Of a DNA stretch of 58,263 bases, positions 9,359 through 22,711 are shown piece by piece. Source of the stretch: Actinomycetota bacterium (GTDB taxonomy: Bacteria; Actinomycetota; Thermoleophilia; RBG-16-64-13); NCBI GenBank assembly GCA_023483915.1, contig JAMDEO010000118.1, positions 1 to 58,263 of the forward strand, read 5' to 3'. The first letter of the stretch is position 1; each line of letters begins with the position of its first letter. Below the pieces are notes generated by a model. That model was not told the DNA's origin. It saw only the letters and a list, made by a program, of their open reading frames with translations, and did not search any database. Position numbers and translations under genes: made by a program.

Positions 9359-9431
9359 TGGAGGATACCGGGGTCGAACCGGCGACCTCCGCCGTGCAAA
9401 GGCGGCGCTCTCCCAACTGAGCTAATCCCCC
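9359..9431 (-). tRNA. tRNA-Ala (anticodon UGC)
   Basis: Reverse complement is GGGGGATTAGCTCAGTTGGGAGAGCGCCGCCTTTGCACGGCGGAGGTCGCCGGTTCGACCCCGGTATCCTCCA. Full cloverleaf folded by hand, with G3:U70 identity pair, anticodon loop TTTGCAC and TTCGA T-loop. CCA is not encoded. Confidence 0.95.
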
Positions 9432-9524
9432 AAGTGCGGGCACAAAAGAACCCAAACCTAATTCTAACAGGACCTCGGGAACCCGCCGCCGTTCAATTAC
9501 CGACCGCAGTAACAGACGAGAGAG

Positions 9525-9598
<74 letters not shown>

Positions 9599-9608
9599 GT
9601 GCGCGGGT

Positions 9609-9636
9609 AGTTTACCGGCATTCCAAGTGATGTCAA
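9609..9636 (-). promoter_or_regulatory. Sigma-70-like promoter for the tRNA-Ile/tRNA-Ala unit
   Basis: Minus strand reads TTGACA (9636..9631), a 16-nt spacer, then TAAACT (9614..9609). It lies 10 nt upstream of the mature tRNA-Ile 5' end. Confidence 0.5.
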
Positions 9637-9713
9637 GAAAGGCGAGCGTGGGGTCGAGGTGACGACTTGACAACATCGGGGTAACCTACAGTCGGACGGC
9701 CAACGAGGAGATT

Positions 9714-10211
9714 ATGCAGGGTTACGAAAAAGTCAATGTTTATGGCGTCAGCTTCGATGTTTCGAGCAAACAGCCGATTGTTCTGCTCAGGGTAGAGGGC
9801 CAAAACCGGTTTTTGCCGATCTGGATAGGCCACCCGGAAGCGGCGGCCATCTTGATGAAGTTGCAGAATGCCGAGCTGCCTCGGCCGATGACCCATGACC
9901 TCCTTGCCTCGGTGATCGGCCAACTTTCAGCCAGCGTGGCCAGGGTTCTTGTGACCGAGCTTCGGGACAACACCTTCTACGCGGTTGTGCAGTTGGAGAC
10001 CGAAAAGGGCGAGGAAATCAAAGTCGATTCGCGTCCATCAGATGCCATCGCCCTTGCGGTAAGGACCGATGCTCCCATCTTTGCTTCCAGTCAGTTGCTG
10101 GACAGCAACGCGATCGAATTCGACCAAGAGGTGGGGGAAATCGAAGATATCGTCAAGGAATTCAGGGATTTCCTCGACGAGGTCTCACCCGAGGACTTCC
10201 AGGCCACGTAG
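9714..10211 (+). CDS. Bifunctional nuclease (BFN/DUF151 domain) protein
   Basis: PIVLLRVEGQNRFLPIWIGHPEAAAI...RPMTHDLL...FYAVVQL...DSRPSDAIALAVRTDAPIF matches the DUF151 core. Confidence 0.8.
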   Translation: MQGYEKVNVYGVSFDVSSKQPIVLLRVEGQNRFLPIWIGHPEAAAILMKLQNAELPRPMTHDLLASVIGQLSASVARVLVTELRDNTFYAVVQLETEKGEEIKVDSRPSDAIALAVRTDAPIFASSQLLDSNAIEFDQEVGEIEDIVKEFRDFLDEVSPEDFQAT

Positions 10212-10253
10212 GCCGCCGCCCGGCTGCCCGGAATCCGCCCCGACTATGTGAGG

Positions 10254-10553
10254 CTATTCCCCCGTGTCCGCTTCCAATGCGGCAGCCTCCCGCTTTGCCA
10301 CCTGCAAGATGACCGAGTAGATCTCGCGCAGGCCCTCATTAGAGATCGGGCCGCGGTTCGCCCGGCATAGGTAGGTCACGACCCAGTCTTCCTGGGCGGG
10401 ATCGTAGAAGGCGAGTCCATGGCTCTCTTTGTAGTCCTTGAGGCTCTTTACTAGCTTGATGCGCCGGTTGAGCGCTTCAAGGATCTTGAGATCATTGTCG
10501 GATATTTGCTCGCGGTAGTGCTTGATGACCGGGTCTGTAGCCGGGGCCGTCAC
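10254..10553 (-). CDS. Chorismate mutase (AroQ/CM_2 type)
   Basis: 99 aa. REQISDNDLKILEALNRRIKLVKSLKDYK...DPAQEDWVV...NRGPISNEGLREIYSVIL is a typical CM_2 helical pattern. Confidence 0.8.
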   Translation of the reverse strand: MTAPATDPVIKHYREQISDNDLKILEALNRRIKLVKSLKDYKESHGLAFYDPAQEDWVVTYLCRANRGPISNEGLREIYSVILQVAKREAAALEADTGE

Positions 10554-10676
10554 CTACGTTCCTCCTTGTCGCCGACGCCTGCCGCGTTCTGTTCTTGGTT
10601 TTGGCCAAGTAGGCTACCGCAGTCAGGCAAGATAGACAATCTGAGGCGCAGACACGCTCATATAGGGAGCGTGCGC

Positions 10677-12020
10677 CTAGCGGTGGTGCATCCCATAGTC
10701 CGCACAGGCGGAGACAAAACGTTGGGCCGCGTCCGGCTTGGCTGCCATGTGAACAAAGATCCGCGTGCAAAGCAGCGACGAGGTGCCCGCTCCTTCGGCT
10801 TGGATGACGGTAGAGCCCGCACCCCGCACCGTCAGAGGCGGATCCCAACCCCCGGCCGGATATAGGATTTCCGCCTCGGTACCCAGCCAGCCGGTCACGG
10901 TCTCGCCCCGGGGGAGGAGCAAATTCGCCCGCTCTGACGTTACCTCAACATAGGTTGCTTCCTCCAGATCCCAGAGGATCTCGCCTTCGGCGGGAAGGAC
11001 GTCTGTCAGCTCGACTGTTCTTCCGAGCGAATCCTGGACTTTGCTGAGAAGCAACAACATGCCACCGCCCATAGCGATGGTGGGCAAGCCCTCGCTGATA
11101 CGCGCGCGGAGATCCCGGCACAGCGGACGATTCTGCGCAATATCGGTGACCCCGGTTGGCCACAGTGTCCCGGCAAGAACCAGCCCACAGGTCTCTAGCG
11201 GGAAGCCAGAGTCCTCAACCAGATCCAGCCGGCGAACCTGTGCACCAGCCGATCGCAGAACTTCGATCGAGTCGCGGCTCCAAGGAGTGAATTCCCTCCC
11301 TCCCGCTACCATGATGAGAGGGCCGCCCGCGCCGCGGTCGGTCAGCCAGCCTTGCGACGACAGGAATCCCCTCTGCCCGGCAATGGCCTGGAGTTCTGCA
11401 AGGTCGACCTGGCGAGAGACCGCCTCGAGCAGCGACGAATCCAGGGGCAGCGCCCAGGGTCCAGGGGGGGAACCGTCCCAGGCCGGGCCGTCGCCTTCGA
11501 ACAGGCAGCCGACAGTTGGGATTCCCTCCTCAGACATCACCGTGCGTAGCACCTCGAAGTGGTCGCGGCCGCCAACACCGGTGAGCAACGTGCCGGCAAA
11601 ATTGAGGTCGGTCAGATGGTCTTTCAGACCTGACGCGAGCGCACGGATGCCCGTGCCCCAACCCCGGCAATCCATGAGCACCACCACCGGACAGTCCAGA
11701 AGCCGCGCCACTTGAGTCGGCAGCCAATTGACACCCAAGGCGTTGTCGAGGACGCCCCGGCTGGATGACAGCAATGAGAGCGTCGCCCCACGAGTGGCAA
11801 CGCCATAGAGGGCGAGCAGGGTCTCGTCGTCGTATAAGGCAGGATCGAGGAAAGACGCTCCTTCCCAGCGGTCCCATGACGACATGGGGGTAAGTGGGCC
11901 CAGATGGTGGTAGCGCACCCTTTGCCCCCGAGCGGTCATGATCTCGGCAACGGAAGCCGCCAACGCATTCGCCAGCCCGGTGTGGTGTGTTGGGACCAAC
12001 AGGAGCCGCGGTACCGACAC
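10677..12020 (-). CDS. Cobyrinate a,c-diamide synthase (CbiA/CobB)-like protein with degenerate active sites
   Basis: Collinear by eye with CbiA: ARLLDCPVVVLMDCRG, NFAGTLLTGVGGRDHFEVL, IMVAGGREFTPWSRDSIEVLRSAGAQV, LPTIAMGGGMLLL, VTGWLGTE, CTRIFVHMAAKPD. The P-loop GxGKT is THHTGLANA, the amidotransferase Cys is Gly, and GHEFH is GWLGT. Confidence 0.7.
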   Translation of the reverse strand: MSVPRLLLVPTHHTGLANALAASVAEIMTARGQRVRYHHLGPLTPMSSWDRWEGASFLDPALYDDETLLALYGVATRGATLSLLSSSRGVLDNALGVNWLPTQVARLLDCPVVVLMDCRGWGTGIRALASGLKDHLTDLNFAGTLLTGVGGRDHFEVLRTVMSEEGIPTVGCLFEGDGPAWDGSPPGPWALPLDSSLLEAVSRQVDLAELQAIAGQRGFLSSQGWLTDRGAGGPLIMVAGGREFTPWSRDSIEVLRSAGAQVRRLDLVEDSGFPLETCGLVLAGTLWPTGVTDIAQNRPLCRDLRARISEGLPTIAMGGGMLLLLSKVQDSLGRTVELTDVLPAEGEILWDLEEATYVEVTSERANLLLPRGETVTGWLGTEAEILYPAGGWDPPLTVRGAGSTVIQAEGAGTSSLLCTRIFVHMAAKPDAAQRFVSACADYGMHHR

Positions 12021-12064
12021 AGGACCTCCCCTGCCCAGTTATGTATTCGGCGCCAAGAAGGCTG

Positions 12065-12745
12065 CTAGGATCTGCGGCTTATGAGGATAAGCCGCACCAG
12101 CTGGAGGATAGCCATGAGCGCCGCCGCCACGTAGGTGAGAGCCGCGGCGTTCAGAACTTTCCTCGCACCTGCCAGTTCGTCGGCGACGAGAATACTCCTG
12201 TCGGAGAGGAGGGTCATGGCACGTCTGGAAGCATTCAATTCTACCGGCAGGGTCACTAGCGTGAACAGCACGGCGGCAGCGTAGAGAACGATCCCCACAT
12301 TCATCAGAAGACCGCTGCGGAAGAAGAACAGGCCGATGAAGAAGAGAATGAATCCGAAATTGGTGCCGATGTTGGCGACTGGGACCAGCGCGCTGCGGAA
12401 CTTGAAAGGAACATATCGCTCGGCGTGCTGAATGGCGTGCCCGGCCTCGTGAGCGGCAACCCCCAATGCTGCCAAGGAGTTCGTGTTGCCCACATCCGGG
12501 CTCAAAGTCAATACTCGAGAGCGCGGGTCATAATGGTCCGATAGCCGACCGCCCGCAATCTCGATGCCCACCCCTGAAAGGCCGGCCGAATCGAGAACCA
12601 TGCGGGCTCCCTGCGCCCCAGTCAAACCCCGAACGGAGCGTATCTGGGAATACCGATTGAAACTGGAACTAACCTTTGCCTGAGCGTAGATGCCTAGCAC
12701 AAGCGCCGGCACCAGCAGGATCAGGGACCAGTACCAGAAGTACAT
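12065..12745 (-). CDS. Zinc metallopeptidase, YugP-like (Zn_peptidase_2)
   Basis: MYFWYWSLILLVPALVLGIYAQ...LSDHYDP...AALGVAAHEAGHAIQH (HExxH) plus C-terminal TM helices. Confidence 0.85.
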   Translation of the reverse strand: MYFWYWSLILLVPALVLGIYAQAKVSSSFNRYSQIRSVRGLTGAQGARMVLDSAGLSGVGIEIAGGRLSDHYDPRSRVLTLSPDVGNTNSLAALGVAAHEAGHAIQHAERYVPFKFRSALVPVANIGTNFGFILFFIGLFFFRSGLLMNVGIVLYAAAVLFTLVTLPVELNASRRAMTLLSDRSILVADELAGARKVLNAAALTYVAAALMAILQLVRLILISRRS

Positions 12746-12899
12746 ATCTTGTGTGCTCCTTGACTACCAGCGAGCAACCCCGTTTCTTGCCCGGAAGATG
12801 ATAGCAGACCCAGCACGCGCGAACCGGCTCCGCCCGCCGGTTTACGCGCGGTTTATGGCCGGGCGATATGCGGCCGCGGTTTCATTTTGAAACGAGTTC

Positions 12900-17568
<4,669 letters not shown>

Positions 17569-17668
17569 CTATCTCGTCTCTCCCTGGCCCAACGCGATGC
17601 CCAAAAAAAGGGCGCCGCGAGGCATCCATGCCATTTGCTGGTGATGCTCCCGGGTGAACTGGGAAAGC

Positions 17669-17684
17669 GGCCGATTTGTCGGCC
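17669..17684 (-). terminator. Weak hairpin downstream of dciA (possible terminator)
   Basis: GGCCGA-TTTG-TCGGCC, a perfect 6-bp stem. On the minus strand it is followed only by GCTTTCCC, a short U tract. Confidence 0.3.
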
Positions 17685-17754
17685 CGAGGGGTGCAGTCCA
17701 TGTTGATCAACATCATACCACAGAGCTGGCATTCCCACCCTTGAAAATACGCTG

Positions 17755-18414
17755 TCAGCAGCCTATATCCTGCTCTTCGCGTACAAAGGAAGCCCTCATC
17801 GCTTGGGTGATCTTGGCCTTAAGACGGGGGTCGAGATCCAACCCCTCGACTTCCCTTATCGCGGCGAAACCATCGTCGCCTGCGGATTCGTCCGCTGTTC
17901 CAGAAAGCGCCCCACGAGCCTTCCCCTGGAGGGTCCCGCGGGCTATCCCGTTGGGGGTCGCGGTAGGCGCCTTCTCCCCCGCGGCCAACGCGGCCGACAA
18001 GCCGCATGCCCCGGCTCCGCCTCCCTGCCAGCCCGCATGTCGGAACACCAAGGACGTGACCTCGGCCCCCAGCAAGAGTGTACTGAGCCGAGCCTTGATC
18101 TGTTCGGCCATGAGCTGTAGGGTCTGCGCCCACGCGCTTGACGAGGTTGCCACCACCAGGCGGCCCTGCTTCAGGTGAATCGGCTCCGCATTGGCGGCGA
18201 TTTCTGGACCGACGGCCTCGGCCCAAAGAAGTGCCAGCCGACGCCTGACGTCCTGAGAGCCGCCAAAAGTGTCCACCCCGTGCTGCAACACGGCCAAATC
18301 GCCCAAGAGGTCGCCCAGACGTTTGAATTCCTGACAGGCGCTCCCGGCGGCAGTCGAAGATTTTGTGGGCTCAGCGGCCTTGCGCGGTGGCTGCTCGTCA
18401 TGCATAGCGGTCAT
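17755..18414 (-). CDS. dciA: DUF721/DciA-family protein (putative replicative helicase operator) with a long C-terminal extension
   Basis: LGDLLGDLAV...LALLWAEAVGPEIAANAEPIHLKQGRLVVATSSSAWAQTLQLMAEQIKARL is the DUF721 core. It holds the conserved recF-gyrB interposed position. 4-nt overlap with the recF stop. Confidence 0.7.
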   Translation of the reverse strand: MTAMHDEQPPRKAAEPTKSSTAAGSACQEFKRLGDLLGDLAVLQHGVDTFGGSQDVRRRLALLWAEAVGPEIAANAEPIHLKQGRLVVATSSSAWAQTLQLMAEQIKARLSTLLLGAEVTSLVFRHAGWQGGGAGACGLSAALAAGEKAPTATPNGIARGTLQGKARGALSGTADESAGDDGFAAIREVEGLDLDPRLKAKITQAMRASFVREEQDIGC

Positions 18415-19496
18415 GCCTTCGTCAGTTCAATCACAGCGGCTTGCTCCAGTTCTTGCCGAGTGAAATACCGCAGGTTCGTTGTCGTCATGACGGTTTGGCC
18501 ACCCTTCATGACGATATCCATCAGTCCTCGCCGCCGCTCGTCGTCCAACTCGCTCATCACGTCGTCGAGCAGCAACAGGCCTCGTCCTGAGCACTCAGCG
18601 TAGCAACCCCATTCAGCAAGAACCAGAGCCAGAACAGCAGTCCGTTGCTCACCCTGGGAGGCGCATTCGCGCATGTCCAGGTCCCGTCTTATCAAGCGGA
18701 GGTCATCCCGATGTGGGCCCAAATGGGTGAAGGTCCGTTGCTGGTCCGCCCCCCGGTTCTCGGCCAGGCGTACCTCGTATTCACCTTCCTCCAGATCGGC
18801 CACATTCGTGCGGTAGACGATGCGCACGGTATCCCGCGGCTCTCCAGTCAGAAGAGCGTGCGTGTTCTGGAAGGGCTCAATGAATCGAGAAAGGACGCCC
18901 GCGCGCCACGATGTCACCGCCAAACCCGTCTGGGCCAAAATCCGCTCCCAAGGGACAAACTGGGCCGTTTCCACGCCGCTCCAACGGGTGCGAAGCAAGG
19001 TGTTTCGCTGGCAGAGAGCCTCGTTGTAGCGCCGCAGGGTGGGCCCGTACTCCTGGTCGCACTTGCCGGCAAGCTCATCCAGGTACTCTCGCCGCCGGCG
19101 CGGGCTACCCTTGATGAGACGCAGGTCATCCGGCAAGAAGGTCCTCAGCGGAAGACTTTCCAGCCAGCGGGAAGGGTCAGCGAGCTCAGCTCCACCCGCA
19201 GTAAGACGGCGCTCGCCCGCACGCGAGTAAGCTGCGGCGGCCGTTGTGCCCACTCCGTCAAGACTAAGGTCAGCCTCGACCCGCAGGTAGTCTTCGCCCT
19301 GCATAATCAGGTCCTTGAGAGAACCTGAGCGTAGCATTGTCCCCCGGAGCAATAGCACGACAGCCTCAAGTATTGTGGTCTTTCCGGCTCCGTTGGGACC
19401 AGCTAAGAGGTTCAGCCCGGGCGCTAAGCGCAGGTCAAGGTCGCGGTGAGAGCGGACGTTTGTCAGAGACAATCGCCGGAGCAGCGCGCTGGCCAT
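18411..19496 (-). CDS. recF: DNA replication/repair protein RecF
   Basis: LTNVRSHRDLDLRLAPGLNLLAGPNGAGKTTILEAV (Walker A), SQGEQRTAVLAL (signature), LLLLDDVMSELD (Walker B). Confidence 0.95.
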   Translation of the reverse strand: MASALLRRLSLTNVRSHRDLDLRLAPGLNLLAGPNGAGKTTILEAVVLLLRGTMLRSGSLKDLIMQGEDYLRVEADLSLDGVGTTAAAAYSRAGERRLTAGGAELADPSRWLESLPLRTFLPDDLRLIKGSPRRRREYLDELAGKCDQEYGPTLRRYNEALCQRNTLLRTRWSGVETAQFVPWERILAQTGLAVTSWRAGVLSRFIEPFQNTHALLTGEPRDTVRIVYRTNVADLEEGEYEVRLAENRGADQQRTFTHLGPHRDDLRLIRRDLDMRECASQGEQRTAVLALVLAEWGCYAECSGRGLLLLDDVMSELDDERRRGLMDIVMKGGQTVMTTTNLRYFTRQELEQAAVIELTKA

Positions 19497-19501
19497 TGCC
19501 G

Positions 19502-19774
19502 TTAGCAGCCAGGCCGGGGGCCGCGGTGCGCGGAGACGGCTTCTATCGCCTGAGCCCTCGCCCCCGGACCACTAACCACGTCACCGGGGAGAAGTTTGCG
19601 GCCACGGCGAGTCTCTACCACACCGTTCACATGGACCAATCCGGACGCGATCAACTGCTTAGCTTCGCCTCCGGTTGCGGTGAGGCCGGCCACTTTGAGA
19701 AACTGACCGAGGGTTATCGGAAACGTCACCTGCACGGGCGCAGTTCCGGCTGGTTTCCCGCCCGCTGCCGTCAT
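19502..19774 (-). CDS. S4-domain RNA-binding protein (Bacillus YaaA-like, between dnaN and recF)
   Basis: ITLGQFLKVAGLTATGGEAKQLIASGLVHVNGVVETRRGRKLLPGDVV is an S4-like fold pattern. The dnaN-S4-recF position is classic. Confidence 0.75.
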   Translation of the reverse strand: MTAAGGKPAGTAPVQVTFPITLGQFLKVAGLTATGGEAKQLIASGLVHVNGVVETRRGRKLLPGDVVSGPGARAQAIEAVSAHRGPRPGC

Positions 19775-19782
19775 CGCGGATG

Positions 19783-20886
19783 CTAGTCGCTGAGACGGAT
19801 GGGCATGACAAGGTAGAGGAAGTCCTCACCCACGCCTTTGACCAATCCTGGGCGAAGTGGACTGATAAGCCGCAAGTACACCGGCGACTCTTTCACCGCC
19901 GCTACACCTGCTTCGAGGAACTCTGGGTTGAAGCCGATCTCCAGTACTTCGCCGGAGTATTGGATGGGCATGGCCTCCTGGGCTTTGCCAACATCCTGAG
20001 ATTCCGCAGAGACCGTGAGAGTGTTCTCGGCGAAGCGCAGGCGGAGAGGAGCGTTCTTCTGCGCCAAAAGACCGATACGGCGGATTGCTTCGAGGAACTC
20101 GTCATGATCGACAAGTACTTCGTAGTCAAATGTTTCTGGGATGAGCTGCCGGTAATTCGGGAACTGCCCGTCAATTAGGCGGGAGATCAGGGAAACCCCT
20201 CCCACCTGGAACATGACCTGGTTTTCCGTCGGCTCGATTCGAAGAGTCGGCTCTTCAGTGCCCGAGGCGATACGAGAAAGCTCTAGCAGCGTCCTCGCCG
20301 GGACTATTGCCTGGAAATTCTCGGCCACAGAGGATTGGACTGGGGTTTCCTTCATACTCAGCCTGTAGCTGTCGGTCGCGACCATTTGCACCGCGTCTTT
20401 TCCAAACTGGATAAGCACGCCCGTAAGCACGGGCCGTGTTTCGTCCCGAGACGCGCTGGGGGCCACCCTGTCGACCGTCTCGACAAAGGCCTGCTTTCCC
20501 ACCGTAAACCCTTGACCCGAGAACACAGGCAACTGCGGGAAGTCAATCGCAGGCAGCGAGTGCAGAGTGAACACAGATTCTCCGGCCCGGATCTCAAGCT
20601 GTGGTTCCCCTGCTTTCTGCTCCAGTACCACATCGCCAACCGGCAGACTGCGTGCAATATCCGTAGCAATTCGCGCCGGCACCACAAGAGATCCCGGTTC
20701 CTCCACCCGTCCGGCCACCGGCGCCTTGATTGATATCTCCATATCCGTCGCGGACAGCATTGTCGCATCGTCGCGAGCATCCAAGAGCACACCTGAAAGA
20801 ACCTGGATCGAGCTCCGCGAGGACACTGCTTTGTTGGCGATACCCAATCCTTCAACCAGCGCCTGCTTAGTGGTGATGAGTTTCAT
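19783..20886 (-). CDS. dnaN: DNA polymerase III beta sliding clamp
   Basis: 367 aa with a three-domain clamp pattern (MKLITTKQALVEGLGIANKAVSSRSSIQVLSGVLL...ATDSYRLS...MPIRL). Confidence 0.97.
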   Translation of the reverse strand: MKLITTKQALVEGLGIANKAVSSRSSIQVLSGVLLDARDDATMLSATDMEISIKAPVAGRVEEPGSLVVPARIATDIARSLPVGDVVLEQKAGEPQLEIRAGESVFTLHSLPAIDFPQLPVFSGQGFTVGKQAFVETVDRVAPSASRDETRPVLTGVLIQFGKDAVQMVATDSYRLSMKETPVQSSVAENFQAIVPARTLLELSRIASGTEEPTLRIEPTENQVMFQVGGVSLISRLIDGQFPNYRQLIPETFDYEVLVDHDEFLEAIRRIGLLAQKNAPLRLRFAENTLTVSAESQDVGKAQEAMPIQYSGEVLEIGFNPEFLEAGVAAVKESPVYLRLISPLRPGLVKGVGEDFLYLVMPIRLSD

Positions 20887-20922
20887 CGATGCTCCTCGCT
20901 GGACTAGGGTCGGACCAGAGTT

Positions 20923-21057
20923 CCACTACTATTATTAATATCTGGATAGAAGTATGTAGTCAGTGTAATAGACCTTGTGGAAGATGTTAACAACTGAAGC
21001 GGATAGGCTGACTGGACGGAAAAGGGAGAGCTGATAACCCGTCGCAACTGTGGATGA
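20923..21057. promoter_or_regulatory. oriC element in the dnaA-dnaN spacer: AT-rich tract, DnaA-trio-like repeats and DnaA-box-like sites
   Basis: TGTGGATGA at 21049..21057 has 1 mismatch to TGTGGATAA. TGTGGAAGA (20976..20984) and TCTGGATAG (20941..20949) each have 2 mismatches. The minus strand reads CTATCCAGA followed directly by TAT TAA TAA TAG TAG (20940..20926). This is the most AT-rich stretch of the region. Confidence 0.55.
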
Positions 21058-21184
21058 ATAGGCGATGGGCGGAGCCAAGACGGTGGGGGCGCCAAGTTGT
21101 CATGGCGAGAGGTTCTGTTTGCACATGTTCTCCCGTACTTATTGACAGAACGATGTGCAAAAGAGGTGTCTTGGCCCCGGTAGA

Positions 21185-22696
21185 TCACTGAGCGCTCTTG
21201 ATTTTGGTAGTGAGTCGCTGTACGCGGTTGTACATCCCACGGTCCTCCTGCATGAGCTTGGCGATCTTCTCCACTGCGTGAAGGACCGTGGTGTGATCGC
21301 GCCCGCCGATCCTATCCCCGATCTTTGGGAGGCTGGCGTCGGTTAGCTCTCTGGCTAGATACATTGCGAGGTGGCGGCTCTCAACGACCGGGCGGGTGCG
21401 CTTGTCGCCAATGATCTCGGTCACGGAGATACCTGTGAATTCCGCGACCGCAGAAAGAATGATGTCGATGGTCAGGCGCCTGGATGCTGTCTCAGGGATG
21501 TCTTTGAGGACCTCTCGGGCGAGATCGTTATCGATCGGCCTTTTGGTGAAGGAGGAGAACGCGACCACACGTGTGAGACACCCTTCCAACTCGCGAATGT
21601 TGGTGGGCACGCGTGAGGCAATCTGCATGAGTACTTCGTCATCGGCAAGAGCAATCCCGTCTGCGCGGACTTTCCTGCGCAGAATGGCAACTCGAGTCTC
21701 CAGGTCGGGGGGCTGAATATCGGTGATGAGGCCCCACTCGAAGCGAGAGACTAGACGATCTTCCAGCGTAGCCAGGCCTTTCGGGTGACGGTCCGAGGTA
21801 ATGACGATCTGCTTCTGAGCGTCGTAGAGAGTATTGAACGTATGGAAGAACTCTTCCTGAGTCTGTTCTTTCTTCTGAAGGAACTGGATATCGTCTATGA
21901 GAAGGACGTCTATGGTGCGGTATTTGGCTTTGAAACCCTCAATACTGTCGTCGCGGAGGGAGTTGATGAAGTCGTTGGTGAAGGTCTCCAGGGTGACGTA
22001 GCGCACCTTCAGGCCCGGGCTGTGCTTGAGGACATAGTGCCCTATGGCCTGGAGCAGGTGGGTCTTGCCCAGCCCGACTCCCCCATAGATGAAGAGAGGG
22101 TTGTACTGAGTCCCTGGAGTCTCAGCGGCAGCAAGAGCGGCTGCATGGGCGAACCGGTTGGACTGCCCTATGACAAAGGTGTCAAACGTGTACTTGTCGG
22201 CGAGGCCGGTCGCGGTCCTGGGCCTATTGTCGGCGAGGCCGGTCGCTGCGAACGCCGCGGTCTGAATCCCCGCCTCCCTGGCATCCACCATGGAGTGGGT
22301 GTCCAACCTTGCTTCAATGGGTCTGGCGCGAGGTGTGCCGAAGGCTGCCCCGGCGCCGCTGACGGCACCCGCTGTGGTGCTGGCCGCCGCCGGGCCGGTG
22401 CTGTTTGGTGAGGCATCATCGCGATGCAGGGATCGGGAAAGTTCCGGCGATACGACAATCTCGCAGGTGACCGCATCGCCGACAACCTGAGACACGGCGT
22501 CCGTGATCATCGTGCGGAAACGGGTGTCGATCCAGTCCTTCGCGAAGTCCGAGGCGACGCCTATCATGTAGACCCCATCGGAAAAGCCGAGTCCCACCGT
22601 CGGCTCGAACCAAATGCGAAACGTGCCCTCGTTGACCTGTTGAGAGATCAGCTCAAGAGCTTCTCTCCAGATTGGATCGATAGTCGTACCCTGCAC
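21185..22696 (-). CDS. dnaA: Chromosomal replication initiator DnaA
   Basis: YTFDTFVIGQSNRFAHAAALAAAE...LFIYGGVGLGKTHLLQAIG...IDDIQFL...SDR.P...NIRELEGCL..., plus the C-terminal DNA-binding motif ESRHLAMYLARELT. GTG start. Confidence 0.97.
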   Translation of the reverse strand: MQGTTIDPIWREALELISQQVNEGTFRIWFEPTVGLGFSDGVYMIGVASDFAKDWIDTRFRTMITDAVSQVVGDAVTCEIVVSPELSRSLHRDDASPNSTGPAAASTTAGAVSGAGAAFGTPRARPIEARLDTHSMVDAREAGIQTAAFAATGLADNRPRTATGLADKYTFDTFVIGQSNRFAHAAALAAAETPGTQYNPLFIYGGVGLGKTHLLQAIGHYVLKHSPGLKVRYVTLETFTNDFINSLRDDSIEGFKAKYRTIDVLLIDDIQFLQKKEQTQEEFFHTFNTLYDAQKQIVITSDRHPKGLATLEDRLVSRFEWGLITDIQPPDLETRVAILRRKVRADGIALADDEVLMQIASRVPTNIRELEGCLTRVVAFSSFTKRPIDNDLAREVLKDIPETASRRLTIDIILSAVAEFTGISVTEIIGDKRTRPVVESRHLAMYLARELTDASLPKIGDRIGGRDHTTVLHAVEKIAKLMQEDRGMYNRVQRLTTKIKSAQ

Positions 22697-22711
22697 GGCC
22701 CCCCCTGTCCA

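Noticed and set aside
12822-12842. A hairpin AACCGGC-N7-GCCGGTT downstream of gyrA, considered as a terminator. Also CGCGCGC-N9-GCGCGCG at 28750..28772 downstream of jag.
   Set aside because: Neither is followed by a U tract on the relevant strand. They may be Rho-dependent sites or incidental GC-rich structure, so they are not annotated as terminators.
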